A stretch of 54,285 nt of DNA, filler included, from Sluysia triapertura (GCA_046118255.1; 4 parts of 4 records of this genome joined end to end with filler, not necessarily neighbours in it); one strand, 5' to 3'; shown: positions 12,083 through 26,879, counted from the first letter of the whole stretch. Translations and numbers: made by a program. Notes: generated by a model not told the origin, from the letters alone.

Positions 12083-12182
12083 NNNNNNNNNNNNNNNNNN
12101 NNNNNNNNNNNNNNNNNNNNNNNNNNTTAATTAATTAANNNNNNNNNNNNNNNNNNNNNNNNNNNNNNNNNNNNNNNNNNNN
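12083..12182. other. Artificial contig spacer (44 N + TTAATTAATTAA + 44 N)
   Basis: Exactly 100 bp with a six-frame stop linker, identical at three sites. Confidence 0.97.
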
Positions 12183-13591
12183 TATAGAACACACTCTATT
12201 TTTGTTGTATATACAAACACAATTTATATTATAACAAATTAACAATAATATTTAATAAATAAAACACGGATAAAATATTAAACCAATTTTAGTACACTTT
12301 TAATTACTATATTGCATTTAGTTAAATAAATTTCGTTTCAAAAGTACAGTAACCATTATACAAACTTTTTATTTAAGAGACTATACAATGTATTGTACAA
12401 AATTAGTATTTTATTGATATTCCTGAATTTTTCAATACCTCTACACTCCTTTTTGTCATCGAATTAATCAATGTATTTACACTTTATTTCAATCTTTTTC
12501 CAAGCATCCAATATTGCATTTTTAACTCAAAAAAGAGGAAAGTAATGCAAGTATTGCCAAAAAATGAAACAGATCAAGACATATGATATCCACTTATTTG
12601 GATAATGGTTATAAAAAGCAATGGAAACAAATGGGCCGTCTTAAGGACCGTTCTAAGCTGCAAAAAGGAGTTTAATAAAGCATGCGAAAAATAAACGTTG
12701 CTACAACTCGCATAATGTCAGATTTTGAACTAAACTGCAGTAAAACAACAGTATGAAGAATATTAAAAAATTGTATGAGGTCAAATTCATTAAAATGCTC
12801 ATAAAATAGCAAGAATTAACTTTACCGAAAATCATATTAATAACCACACTGACTGGACCAAAATAATATGCTTAGATGAAAAAAAATGGTCCTGATAATT
12901 ATAAATACTATTGACTTTCAAAAGAAATATTTTCTAAGAGAATTTGTGGTGGAGGATCAGTAATGGTATATGATAAAAATCTAGCTTTAGGGGTGGTTCT
13001 ATCAACTCTTAATTTGATAAAAGAAGTAGTAGTTCTGTACGTCAAACTTCAAGAAAATATCAGTGTCATCTTTTAGCAGGATAGCGCTCCTTCTCATCGA
13101 TCTAAAACTACTGATCTAAAGTTCAGTGAAGATGGATTAAAAGCAAGATCTCTTTATCTCAATATAATAGAAAATATATATTTCTTTAAGGCGCATAGTC
13201 AAAAAACAGTATATCAACATATCTGATTTAAAAAATGCAATATTGGATGCTTGGGAAAAGATTGAAATGAAACGTTTATTGAAAAATTCAGGAACATCAA
13301 TAAAATACTAATTTTGTACAAGACGTTGTATAGTCTTTTAAATAAAAAGTTTGTATAATGTGTCCTGGACTTTTGAAACGAAATTTATTTAACTAAATGC
13401 AATATATTAATTAAAAGTGTACTAAAATTCGGAAACTATAAATAAGTAATAGTTCATTCGTGTTTTATTTATTAAATAGTATTGTTAATTTGTTATAATA
13501 TAAGTTGTGTTTGTATATACAGCAAAAATAGGGGGTGTCCTATATTATATTATCCTATATTATGTCCTATATCCTATATTTTGAAACAGGG
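12183..13591 (+). mobile_element. Degenerate Tc1/Tc3-like DD34E transposon with long (~255 bp) IR/DR-type TIRs
   Basis: 12183-12437 is the reverse complement of ~13277-13544. Internal relics: DEKK.GPD, IFSKRICGGGSVMV, IF*QDSAPSHRSK, ARSLYLNIIEN. Inner and outer direct repeats tgtcct...ttttgaaac, and TA after the right end. The left end is cut by the gap. Confidence 0.85.
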
Positions 13592-15759
13592 TATAATCAT
13601 TAAATAAGCAATTATATAAGCAACATATTTTCTTGACTATAATTGATTCTTGTTTTATGTTGTTTCCATCACAATTTATTAATTTATTTATTTTCCCGTT
13701 TTTTACGATGATTTTGTAATGATTTCTCTTCATGGTAATTTGTATTTGATTTGACATATTAGAAATATTTTTAATTTTATCATTTTATTGTTAATTTAAT
13801 TTATTCTAATATATAAAATGAAATACGCTAAACTTTTAGTTATAGTAATTCATCAAATAATTTGTTTTTATTGTAATAAATTGAAAATCGTTTTTAGGCA
13901 CTTTTAGTCTGTTCATTGGCGCAAGAAATACATTCATATCTATTTCAATTAGGTATTAAATCAATGTGTGATTTGAAAATAATTAAATTTAAAAATGTAA
14001 AATAATTAATTTACGAAAGTTTTAAAAATCAATAAATCTGAAAATATTTTAACTAATTTATGAAATATATGTAATTTTAAATATATTTTACATAAAATAA
14101 TAATTTAGATAAAAAGTAAAATATTTTTTTTACAAAACTTTACTTTAAAAACAAAGTAACAAATTAAAATTTCAGATAACTTGAAGAACACTTAAGTGAA
14201 CATAGATTATACATTATTAATGTTAATCATATGATCAATGTTACGTGCCTTTAATTACATAAATGCAAAAGATGACTTTAAAAACTATTATTTATTTTTT
14301 AATAACTTTAAAATATCTAAAATTGAGAGATTAATACATAATTATTATTATTATATAATTATATTATCGTTATCATTATTGTATAAACTAAATAATTATG
14401 ATCAACCTAAAGTTTTGAATTTAGAATGCATTTTTAGAATTTTAAATTAAATAATAAATAATTTAAATAAATCATATTATTATATTTATTATTAATATTA
14501 ATATTATTATTATTATTATTTTCTTAATGTTTATTTTTCCAATTCAAATAAAATATATATATTAAATTCTTCATTTAAATTAATTTGATTTATCAAATAG
14601 TTTTTGTCCAATATTTATTGATTAAATTTTTAAGGCATGAATTCGTAGAAGTAATATTAGAAGTTTTGGAAAAATACTTTATATATAATTTTACAATTTT
14701 ATTATAAAAATAATATTATAACTTAGAAATTAATTTTATTAAAGTATATCGTATTTAAATTTAATAGTTAAAATGCTAATATATGACCAATAAAATATTT
14801 ACAAATAAAGTTGGTAAAATTGACCAAATTCAAAATATATTCGTTTAAAAAGGTAGTACCTTTTAAATAGCAACGGACTTTTTCTTGTCAAAAAAGTTTT
14901 ATAGCAATCTTGTGTGTGAGATTATTTGTTAAAAATATTAATTACTTGTTCATTTATTTTCAAGTAATGCTGAGGTGAATCAAAATCCATAATTATCTAT
15001 TTAAACAATAATCATTTTTTACAGCTATCTATTAGCTTCATTATTTTATTGATTTTGTTCTTAATTTTACTATTATTATATTATAAAAACAGAAAATCGC
15101 TACTAATAAACTCAAATAAAGTAAGTTTTACACGATTACAGAGTCATTTCAAAATTTGCTGTCATAACGACTGATGTGTTACAGAAAAGAATTTCAAAAT
15201 AACGAAAACGAATAAATATTAAATTTAAATTTGAATTGTGGATTTTATGAAAGATTCTTATCAAGCCTTCTTATAGATTTATCTAAGTTTAATTAAATGA
15301 AAATATAATAGTACTTTTACGGATTGTTGGAAACAATTTAATTTTTATGTTAATTTTGTATTCACTTTTACAATTTTAATTTAACGTCGTTATTTATTTT
15401 TATAAAAAATATTGAAAGAACAACTAAATGAAAATAATATTCTAAAAATCAAAAAGAGTGACAAAAGAATGTTGATTCAAATATATATATCTAAATATCT
15501 AATGATATACTACCTGTGGTTCGTTTTTATTTTCATGATTTTTAAAATTACAAATCTAGATAGTTATTCATATTTCTGGTATTTTGGATAAAAATATTGC
15601 TTTTGACAGTTCATGAAAAACTTTTATTATTTATTCATTATTGATAGTATGAAAAATGTATGAATTTATCTAGTAAAAAGCTTGACATTCTTGAAAAATC
15701 ATATTTTTTAAAATATTTAAATCAGGATAAATATTTGAAATTGCATTAATCATTAAGGC

Positions 15760-16350
15760 AATGGAATTATCCTTATTATTTTTTTAGTCAACAAAATTTA
15801 TAAGACCATAAGCCTTGTTTATACCTGTTTGTAGAAGACCTTGAATCTTATTTAAACTTTCTTCTAAAGGCTTAATCTAAGAGGCGTTAAATACCTTAAA
15901 ATACTACGCTTTTTGAAAATAATGCTGTAATTTCTAGGATATTATAAAACATGAAATTAAAATAACCTTTTGAATTCTCATTTTATATAGATAGATAAAG
16001 TCATTTTTGGAATCCTTTTATTACAGGTGACCTCATTAAGTTTAAGTTTTCATTTATTAAGTAAGCCCCAAATTTGCACCAGATATTTGAATATTTTTTG
16101 ATCAAATAAGTATATTATCCAAAAACATTTTTGACGTTACAAACACATTTAATAAAGAATGTGTTGGAAAAAATTGGAAATTCTGATATTATATTTCAAA
16201 AATGATAAAGTTTTGTACTTTAATCTCTTCAATAGAAACTAATTAAAAGAATCTATTTCTAAGAAGTTTATTTGTCGATATTTTAAGATTTATCAAAGTG
16301 AATCCTATGAGAACTTTTTAAGAGAAGTTATTCTGTACAATTTTTGTGTA
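15760..16350 (+). pseudogene. Highly decayed gypsy-like pol relic
   Basis: gaccataagccttgtttatacctgttt = DHKPCLYLF ~ RNase H TDHKPL.YLF. The rest is unrecognisable and the boundaries are approximate. Confidence 0.25.
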
Positions 16351-17454
16351 TTATATTATAATTTTAATCCTACGGAGGTTTCGGCTGATCTAATAGATAC
16401 TCTCTTTTCGGTATTGTTCGGTGCATTGCTTGAAGGACATCTTTAGCTAGGCATGCGTATGTTACTAATGAGAAGTTGCAGTTACTTTCAGTGTAGCACG
16501 TTGGATATGTGACATTTGCTTGTAACTGGTACAGAAGAGATAAAAATGACTTCCTATGTTATTTTTCGACCACGACATCTGCAGAGTAAAATAAAACTTA
16601 ACTTATAATTTTATTTTTAAATCACTTTATTTTAAAATTCTCTGAAATAAATTTTAATTTTCTTTATACTAATTTAATTATGATAATCTTAAATTCATCC
16701 TTTTTAATTAAAACTTTACAAAGTTAGCACAAATATTTAGATTTAAATAATATTAATAATAATAATGATAATAACAATAATAATAACATTAAATATTTAT
16801 AATTATATAACAGATGTAAGGTCAAAGCATATCGCAATGTGCAAATGATTTTTAACTTGCTTATAAAGTACAACGAACACAATATTTATTTCGTAGCTAA
16901 GAAATTTACAAGGTAACCGAGACAGTGTAATTTTAAAAAGAAGAAATAGACAATTATAAAGTTAACGAACACGAATTAATTAAAGTTAATCAGAGTTAAA
17001 AATAAACACAGAACACATTTCATTGGATTCTAAATACCGTTATTTTTTTAAATTAAAAGTTTTCATTAAAAGTTTTAAATTCACGTAACATATTCTAATT
17101 ATTTACATCAGGCATTTTAGAAATCTGATAAAATCTTATTTAAAACTTCATATAGTAATATTTAAATAATCAAAATATTTAGTTTATCTTTCGAACATTT
17201 AAAGAAAACTTTGTTAAAAATAGAAATTATTACGAGTTTTATAGTTACATTATTGAAGGCCATTTAAAATATATTGTACATTTTAAACCTCATTTTAAAT
17301 AGAATGATAAACATAAATTATCAAATAAAAAATTTAACAAGATTATTATTTATTATAGTTTTATTTAGGAAACTTAGTTAAGACCTGCAATTTCATTAAT
17401 ACATTTTTCTTTAAAAATTCTCTGAATAAGCCTTGCATCTGCTCCTTCACAGTT

Positions 17455-18115
17455 TGATAATGAACTCTTTAAAGTTGTGTTAAACTTATTTTTGAAAAAT
17501 GTAATGATTTAGGTTGTAAGAAAAAGAGGAATGTTAAAGTAATTTATTGGAGCTTATTAAAGCTTTATAATTTGAACAAGATTCTTATATTAGATATATT
17601 GATTTGAAATGCTTGTTGAAAGGTTGAAGTTATTTTGATTTTAAATGATGATTGCGAAATAAATTTACATATATTATAATGTTATTACGAATGATTGAGG
17701 ATGATGGGTATGGTTGTGTGAAGTGGATTTAGACCGTTGTTGTTGATTATAGTTTTAGGTGGAATGATCTATGTTTCTGAAATGGTTGTTAGCGTTATTT
17801 GAATGTTATTATGTTTATGATTTATGAAGTTTATGTTGTGATTATGACTTGTTTGATGAAGTATTTAGTGAATAAATGTTATGAATTGTTTGAACTGGAT
17901 GTAGAAATTGTTATGTTAGAGATGGTTGGGGTAGAAGTTGATTTGTTGGTATATATAAGTTAATGAGGTGTTATGATCGTCAAATATTATTTTATGAGGT
18001 TTGTGATGTTGTGATTCTGAATTGAGAAGTATGGCTGTTAAGAAAATTGTATTTTAATGAGATTAGATTTATAATTATTAGGTTTAAATTTAAGTTGTAG
18101 ATGTTGACCACTACA
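17455..18115 (-). repeat. Solo-LTR-like repeat, left arm of a large inverted pair
   Basis: Reverse complement of 18725-19370, starting TGTAGTGGTCAAC on the minus strand. Confidence 0.8.
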
Positions 18116-18724
18116 CAACAAACTTATTTATTAAATGAATTTATTATTGTATTATTGTAATAAATATTATATTAAATTAATCCATTATTTCATTTTATTA
18201 TCAATATCACGTTAGCTTGACTACACGTCATAATAATTTGTATTTGACAAGTCATTTTTTGTAAATGTTCCACGAAGATTTTTAGATGAATAACAAATAA
18301 CGGATAAGAACTGGAAATATTAAGAACGACAGACAATTTTGTTTTGCATAATTTATTACTTAAAAGATCGAAACAAAAAGCACAAACTTTTGTTCTTGTG
18401 TTTTTGCTTAGTTTTGTTCAAGTTCTGAAACTGGAAGTTCTTAAGAAATGTTAAAAAATGCAATATTTTGAATTACATATGTCGTAATGGAAAGTATAGT
18501 TTCTTTTAAATAAATGACATTAAAAAATGACAAAAAGAATGTAGACATACAACTCAATTGTTAAAATACATAATCAGTGAGTCTTGATAACCTTCAAGCT
18601 TGCTGTAGACTGATGTCGCTGGTGATAACAGTAATGATGACAACAATCACGAATTGTAATATTTTAAAACGTTATTTTCTAATAGCAGTGTTAGGTTGTC
18701 ATCATGCTTACTAAAGAAAATAAT

Positions 18725-19507
18725 TGTAGTGGTCAACTTTAATAACTTAAGATTAAAATTAATCTTACTACAAAATAACCTTACTAACAGCCACACTCTT
18801 TAACCATAACCACTACACAAGTGATATCATAAAATAATAATACACAATCATAACACCTCACCAACCTATATCCAACAACAAATCAATCTACATCTCAAAC
18901 ATTTCCTACTCAATAAACTTTTACATCCAGTCCAAACAATTCATAACATCTACTCATTAAACACTTCATCAAACAAGTCATAATCACAACATAAACTTCA
19001 TAAATCATAAACACAATAACATTCAAATGTTGCTAATAAATATTTCAGAAACAAAGACCATCCCACCTAAAATTATAATCAACAACAACAGTCTAAATCC
19101 ACTTCACATAACCATACTCATCATCCTCAATCATTTGTAACAACATTATAGCATATGTAAAATTATTTCGCAATCATCATTTAAAATCAAAATAACTCCA
19201 ACCATTTCAACAGCATTTTTAATCAACACAATTAATACAAGAACCTCATTCAAAGTATAAACCTTCTATAAGTTCAATAAATTAATTCAACATTCTCCAA
19301 TTCATTAACAAATTCAATCATTTTTCATTTTAAATAAAGTCTATGATAACTTCAGAGAATTCATTAACCTTCTCTTTATCATACCATTTGTTCTTTCTCT
19401 CTCTTTATTCTAAGACAATTTTTATATGTTAGAAGGCTAAAAGAAATAATAAAGAACAGCTCATGTATTAGATGTAAAGGTTTATGCATTATTTTCGTTA
19501 TATAACA
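18725..19507 (+). mobile_element. Solo-LTR-like element (TGTAG...TAACA, ~780 bp), right arm of the inverted pair
   Basis: TG...CA termini with ATAAT on both flanks (18720-18724 and 19508-19512). Homologous to 17455-18115. Confidence 0.7.
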
Positions 19508-20106
19508 ATAATAACAACAATAATTTATTATTTCTAATATTATTGTTATTGTTGTTATTATTGTTATCATTATTTTTATTATTATTTGTACAATTAACGA
19601 CACTACTACATTTTATTATTATCTCTCATTTTATTATTATCAGTATTAAAATCATTAATTTCTACCATTATGTACATCGTTGATTAACATTATTAATTAT
19701 AGTTTCAACCGTATCGTCACTGTCATCAACTTTAATTATTAATGTACATAATTATTTTATTGTCATTGCGTGACAGCTTATAACATTTGCTTGCACGTTG
19801 AATGTTTGTCATCGAGCACATTGTGTTCTCTTGTTTCTTATTGGCTAGTCAACTAAAATTCATTAAAATGTTCAATCTGTGTAAATACTAAAAAAGTGGG
19901 CAGACAATATAACAATATTGATTATTGAATTAAAAATTTAGTAGTATCAATTAATCTACTTTGTTTATTTTACAAAATAGTGTTGATATATTGTTAATTA
20001 AAAAATTTTACAATTAGTTTTATTATTATAAATTGCATTTTTCGTTTCTGTACTGGTTGATTCTTAAAGTGGTAACTCTAAACGATCACAAATATTAGAT
20101 CTTGAA

Positions 20107-20412
20107 AAGTTAAAATTTATCAAGTTGAACCATCCCATTATGTTACTCAATTCAGCATCACTAGATAACCTGAACTATAAAGTTGAATATGGAAAGTTAA
20201 AATTTATCAAGTCGAATCATCCCATTATGTTATTTAATTCAGCATCATCAATTAATCTAAACTATAAAGCTGAACATGAAATGCTAAAATTTATCAAGTC
20301 GAATCACCCCATTATGTTATTTAATTCAACATCATCAGATAATCTAAACTATAAAGCTGAACATGAAATGCTAAAATTTATCAAGTCAGATCATCCCATT
20401 ATGTTATTTAAT
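20107..20412 (+). repeat. 87-bp (29-codon) tandem repeat, ~3.5 copies
   Basis: aaaatttatcaagt recurs at 20112, 20199, 20286 and 20373. The unit encodes LKFIKSNHPIMLFNSxSSxNLNYKAEHEM. Confidence 0.95.
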
Positions 20413-22413
20413 TTATCACGATTCGATTACAATTTAGTGATGAAATATTCAAAGCATAAAGATTATATATTGAATGAAGTACTATTAAATAATTCTCGAA
20501 TAATGAAAGTACGACTATCTATACTTAGAGACCATACATTCGGTATAGTATCATTGTACAGTTGTGAATTGATTGCCAGACAACCTGGTTTATATAGAGA
20601 GGTTGATGCTTTTCGTTCCGCTAACCTCGCGAAGCTATTACAGTCAACCGTACTATTCAACCCAATCATCTACAAAGGTAATACTATCATATTAAACTTT
20701 TATTATTATATTTGTGATAACATATACGTATATATTAATTATTATAACCTTTGCAATTTAGAAGTTAGCAAATCTACGATCCAGAATGAGGCGATGTGTA
20801 TAGGAAATTTCATAGAACAAAAAATATTCGTTGTTTTAATCTTTGAATTTATGAATTTAATAAAGTATTATCTATGCTATTTTTGCAAATTTATGTTGAT
20901 TTGTGTAAAAGTTAAAAAATCTAATGATAAGCTTTCGAATTTCGACATTTTTAAATTTAAAGTTTTAAATAAAGCAATTAACACCATAATTGATATCAAA
21001 AAGTTTAACATGATACGTATCTACGAAATACTTAACTTAAGAGTAGGGTCTAATATGATTATTACTCACGTGAAAATAATTAAACGACTAAATCTTTCAC
21101 TTCTAGCAGACGATAAAAGTCCGTGTCTACTAACTACCGATTTTTTAATAAATAACAAAGATGCCCTACTAATATTAAAACAAATCAAACTTATGGCCTT
21201 CGGTGATAAAATGTGGGGTATAACAAACCTACACATAACACTCAAATCAAACTTATTCCCCATAGATGTTTCTTTTCGTGTGTTGAAAATGTTGCTGTTT
21301 ATTATTACTGATGTTTATAGATTGCGTAGTTTGTATGAAGAAAACCACAAAACTGATAAAAATGAAGTTACCAATGAATTACAGAATTCATTCAAATTAA
21401 CTCATGAGTTACAAGAATTTATTTTAGAATTCAACGTATTTTGATGATCTTGAACAATTCTTATCAAACTTGTGTGTAATATCATCAAGGTGTACCAATA
21501 ATGCGGAGATTTCTATTAAGTTAACGATTCCACTTTCGATATGTTTGAAACATCACTCGAACGATAGTCATTCTAGAAATTTTGACAAAGTAGTAAATAA
21601 CGTTAGTAATTCAATGATCAATTTCTATTTGTATTTCATTAATGTAGATACTAAAGTTATCTGCAAAACAAATAAAGATATGCATGACGGTTATAGTATG
21701 CTTGGTTCGAATGCAAAAAGTAATCATGAATTATTTAGTAACATCTGTAATCCAAAAAAGGATCCTTTTGTTTATCAAGTCAACGTATATGACTCTTGCA
21801 TCGAATTTTATGTTTCTCAAGCCATCACTGATAATTTGCAATTTCGATACTAACTACGAACAATCTGCCACAAGTCCTAGCATGGATAAGGACATGAATC
21901 AAATGTGCGATTTAGTTGATACTTCAAGATTACAATTAGTTCAAGTTTGTTCACAGAATGAGGATTTCAAATTAGCTTTAATGTTAGTTAAAACAGCGTA
22001 CTTAGTGAATGAACACACAATAGTAACTTCCAAAATTGATGGTCAGTATCCAAGAATGTTGTGCAAAACCAAACAATTTGAGAAATCATTCGGTATATTT
22101 GTAAAGGTGACAATAGTTCTATTCGATATTCTCGCTCCTTACTGAATTTTATGCCCAGCGAAATTAGTTAAAGTAATAACTAGATGTTGGAATGATGATT
22201 CAAGTTACATACTCCTTGATAAAAATTGTGGTCAAATGGTTAAATGATCTTCAGAGATGGTCTGTTATAAACAATAATCCCAAAACACCAACTCAAACGC
22301 AACAATCATTCGACATTAAAGTAACCATTAATTTTAATCATACTTATAACATTATTATTAACATTGATGCCCATTTATATTATTTTATTTATTTAGAATC
22401 TTCCACAGATTGA
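20125..22413 (+). mobile_element. Degenerate Ty3/gypsy pol-derived region (439-aa ORF plus 127, 153 and 73-aa ORFs)
   Basis: RNase H-like FIKSDHPIMLF..SRFDY; integrase Zn-region-like LLNNSRIM..RLSILRDH.FGIV...ARQPGLYREVDAF; protease-like KVLNKAINTIID...PCLLTTDFL; RT-like relics downstream. Catalytic motifs are missing. Confidence 0.55.
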
Positions 22414-25400
22414 AATGGGAACATACTTTGGGAAAAATTATTAAAAAAGAATTTTAAAAATAAATGTTAAATTTTTTGTTAATTTTATTGGTTTCTCTGC
22501 TGATGATAAAATTGAATTAAATTTAATTAGAAAGATTAAAGAATTTTTTACCTTACAACATATAAAATAAATAAAACTAAAAAGTCAATGTATTTTCATA
22601 GCTATAAGTTTAAAATACAACTTTTAGTTTATATAAATCATTCCATATCACCACACAAACAATATAAAAAATTTAGAAAAAATTGTTTTTACACAATTTA
22701 TTTGTATTTCTATTTTAGTAACAAATATAGACTTGAATTTTCAACTAAGTTCAATAATTCGATAATAGCAAATCGATATGACCAAAATAAATCTTCAAAA
22801 ATATCCAACCAGTTACAGGAAAATATCATATCACTGGAAAATTAAGAAATATATAAGAAAACAATCTTTTCTATTTCAGAAATATAATTTTTTAAAGTGT
22901 TTTTGTGTACTTATTTTATAGTTGATATTAGTGCTACATAAATTAATATATAATAATTACAATTGTATTGCATTAACCCTGACCAGATAAATAAAACAAT
23001 AATATCGATTGAAAAAGTAACAAACATCTCGTAAACCAGTAAATGTCACGTACTATCAGAAAATAAAGTAGAAATTATAAATGAAAGGTTACCACATTGC
23101 ATTACAGAAGAATGCAATAGTAATCCAAAAACGAATACAATGTAGTAAACGAATAACTACATGGTCAGAATTATACTATGGAAGGATATTAACTATTATG
23201 AGGAATAAAATAGTCATATGGTCATAAAAATATAAAGAGTAATTTTATATTAATATAATGTATGAAATAAAACCGATCACATAATAAAATTAATGATAAT
23301 TTAACATTAACTGTATAAAAGATACTGAAATGAGAAAAGTAATTGGTCAGATAATAATAACTACAAAACACAAATAAAAATTGATTACAAGTACTATAAA
23401 ATTATACAACTGAATTACTGTAGTTTTTCGTATTCTTAACCTACAGCAAGGTCCAGCTGCAGTATACGACTTACGGTGTGAAGTGGGTTTATGTGTAACT
23501 AAAAGTGACAATTCTTAATGTAAATATTAACTGTAAGTGTCAATACGTTAGATTTTAATTTACATGTACCTGATGACTAGAAAAATTATATTTTACTGAG
23601 AATCGATTCTTTTGTTTACGAAACTTGCAAATGTTAATTCCTTTTTCAATTAACTTACAATAATTGTCTCACATATTAACAAGTGAACTATATTTTACTA
23701 ATGTTTATTAACTAAAAAATTTATGCAGAAAGAATATAATATAACAATTGAGATACCAGAGAGACAAGATATAAAAATTTTAAAATGAAAACCCATCAGA
23801 TCCTTAATTTTTCAAAACTTTTAATTTTAAATGATAGTTTTTCCCTTCACTAAATTGAGATGCACAACGTTAAGGAAAAGATTTTAAGTCGAATTTACTA
23901 TTTACCGTTGCAAGCAAAACTAATTTAATATTAAAAAACGTCCTAATTTATTTTATCTTTCCAAAAAATTACGTTGCCATTCCTAGGCACGTAAAATTAA
24001 TGATAAAATTAAGTTGAACGAAAAATTTAACTGAAACTTGAAATTACCAATTGTTAATTGTGTGTCAGCTGAAGCCAATATATAATAATCAGTGACCGAT
24101 CCAGCAAAATTCTGGAATTTTCGAGATAATTCTTTTTTAGGAAATTTATGATTTCAAAGAGTTTTTATGGAAATCTAACAGAATTTTAAAATTTTAAAAA
24201 CTATTAATTTATGTTTTACTGAATTTATGTGTTCTGGTAATGAACTCTTGGTCTTCACGTAATAATCTAAATTTCTTTACTATATGGATTCCTATTCTTT
24301 AGTAATTATTAAAACTTCTTTAATAATATTCTCACTTTATATTACTACTTGAATTTTACTGGAGATACAATCTTCTGCAAATATAAATTCTTTCTATTAA
24401 CTTATTCTGCAAATATTATTTGTATTTTCTATATTTATATTTGCTTTATTTAGAAGTGTGAATTTGAATACTCGTTTGATGGTTTAAATTATAAGTGCTC
24501 AATAGAAATTTATTTATTTATTTAAAATTTTGTACATGTTCCAGTCTTCAAGAAAATACTTAATCTTATTTTATATTACTGGCTTTATACAAATTTTATT
24601 TACCTTTAATCTTTATTGAGTTTGTTAGTAATTAAATTCTTTTATCCAAGTACTTAATCTAATCGTGTTGGCCTTATTGTCACCCCTTTTTTATTTTATT
24701 TTTATTCTATATATAAGGAAATACAAAAAACTATACTAAATATTTATTAAGCAAATTCTAAATTAATATAATTAGTATTTAAAAAATTATTTTTACCAGC
24801 ATAAAAATAATGGCAATGTGATTTAATTTTATTTTATTTAAAACTGGAAATAACTCTTATTTTTAATATCTTCAAGAAGTCCAATGATTAAAATAAAATC
24901 AAAAATATAATGTTCTTGGGGTAGCTGAATGCCTGTTAAAAATTTTCATATCTTCAGAAAATTATCAATTATCTAATGTTAATATGTTCCACACTGTTGG
25001 AAAACTCTAATATCTTCGAAATTCAAAATTATTATTATTATAATTATGTTGAAAATTATCGTATTTATAGTGATTTCCTATATTAACTATAGTTATTTTA
25101 AAAACACAAATAAGAGATTAATCACAAAATAATTCGCAAATAAATATCAAACAATAAAAATAAAAATAAGGACTATTTCCAGTTTATAGTTAATTATACT
25201 TAATTTTTAATTATATATTAATTCTATATGATTTTATATAATGTTCTTAAATTTTTATTTCATATTATTGTTATTGATTCTTAGTTTAAAATGATTTCAT
25301 TCGATTATAATGCTATTTTTAATTACGTAATAATTCTATTCAATCTGAATTTAATATAATTTGTCTTGTGTATTGTAATATCTTAAATCATATTTTAAAG

Positions 25401-26514
25401 ATAATTTTGATTGAGTTTATGCTCTTAAACTTTGATTTCATATTGTTACCATTAACTTTCTATTAATTTCGTATTGTCTTTATTGATCTCACTTTAAAAT
25501 GATTATTTATGCAAATTTAATTTAAATTTGATTGTTATTTGTCACTAAATTTTATTAACTGTATATCAGTTTAAATTGTTACAAAATCATTATAATCTTA
25601 GTAATTTTTAATCATCATTATTTTAACGTTATTTTAAGATGAATAATAATTATTTTAACATATTTTATTAAATCATTAAAATGAGTTTATTTTATTTGTA
25701 AAATGTAAAAACATTCTTTCCAAAATGAGTATCGTGTTTAAAATTCTTTTACAAAACAAAATATTACAGAATGAATAATTATAATACTATCTGTAAAACG
25801 ATTTTATTTCGATCAATTATTGATTTTCTTAGGATTCAAATTTGTTAGAGCAGTTGTCAAACAATTTTACTAATAAAATGAGGAAATTTTAGACAAAAAT
25901 AAAATTTATATATTTACAGTAATAATATTCAAGCTGAAATAAATTAAAATAACATTAATATAAATAATGTATAATATAACATAGTGTTCTTGTTACTTAT
26001 AAATTATTTTCATAATTTTATAACTTTTATTACATTCAAAACAATAAAGATGCGATAAGCAATTTTCTTATTTAAAAGAATATTCTGATATATTAAAAAA
26101 TATCGATTAATTATTATTTCTCTTACGTAAACTACTTATTGAATCACGTTTACATAACAAAAAATTAAATAAAAATATTAAAATCTATAACAAACGTTCA
26201 CAACCCAAAACAAAGTATTTAACTATTTTTAACAATTTAATGATTGTTGATATATGCCAATAAATATAAGCTTGATGAAAATCAATATTTTTATTTAAAA
26301 TTACAAAATAAGCAACTATTTAAAAATATGTTTAACTCAGAAAGTACATTTAAAACGTCCTAATATAAATCCACATAAAAAATGAAATCACTTTAATGAA
26401 AATTATTCATAAAAATATTATCATTAATTCTTGAAATTATGATTTTATAACTATTATTATTAGTAAAATAACTGTAATCATTTGAATCAAGTTTTAATAT
26501 GCGCCAGAATCTAT

Positions 26515-26593
<79 letters not shown>
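26515..26593. repeat. (TAT)n microsatellite; further (TAT/AAT)n tracts at ~29710-29762, 30033-30100, 33577-33633, 33741-33815, 34190-34268, 34603-34650, 35811-35868, 39033-39103, 53660-53714
   Basis: Directly visible. Confidence 0.95.
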
Positions 26594-26879
26594 GTCTTCT
26601 CAATCCAGAAAATTGCCATACATACCTACAATTTCCGAAACAGTTTTAATAATATAATAAATGATCATATCGGTCAAATAACTAATTTCCGTGTAGTTAT
26701 TTGCATCATATTAAATTTACTACACATTGTTTTTATACTATTCATTAATTTTTTTATAATTCTATTAAAATTTATTTATTGCATTTAAATGAATGCCTTA
26801 TAAAATGGCAAAATATTTTGTTAGATTTGTTGCAATATTATATTAATAAGACTGATTACTATTTTTAGATTAAAAATGA

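Noticed and set aside
12127-12138. Palindromic TTAATTAATTAA recurring three times
   Set aside because: Artificial six-frame-stop spacer inside N runs, not biological.
20107-20412. CRISPR-like array
   Set aside because: Whole 87-bp units repeat with no unique spacers, there are no cas genes, and the context is eukaryotic.
26513-26788. Poly-Tyr/Ile/Leu ORFs (also 53529-53757 and 19379-19603)
   Set aside because: Translations of (TAT)n microsatellites and low-complexity DNA.
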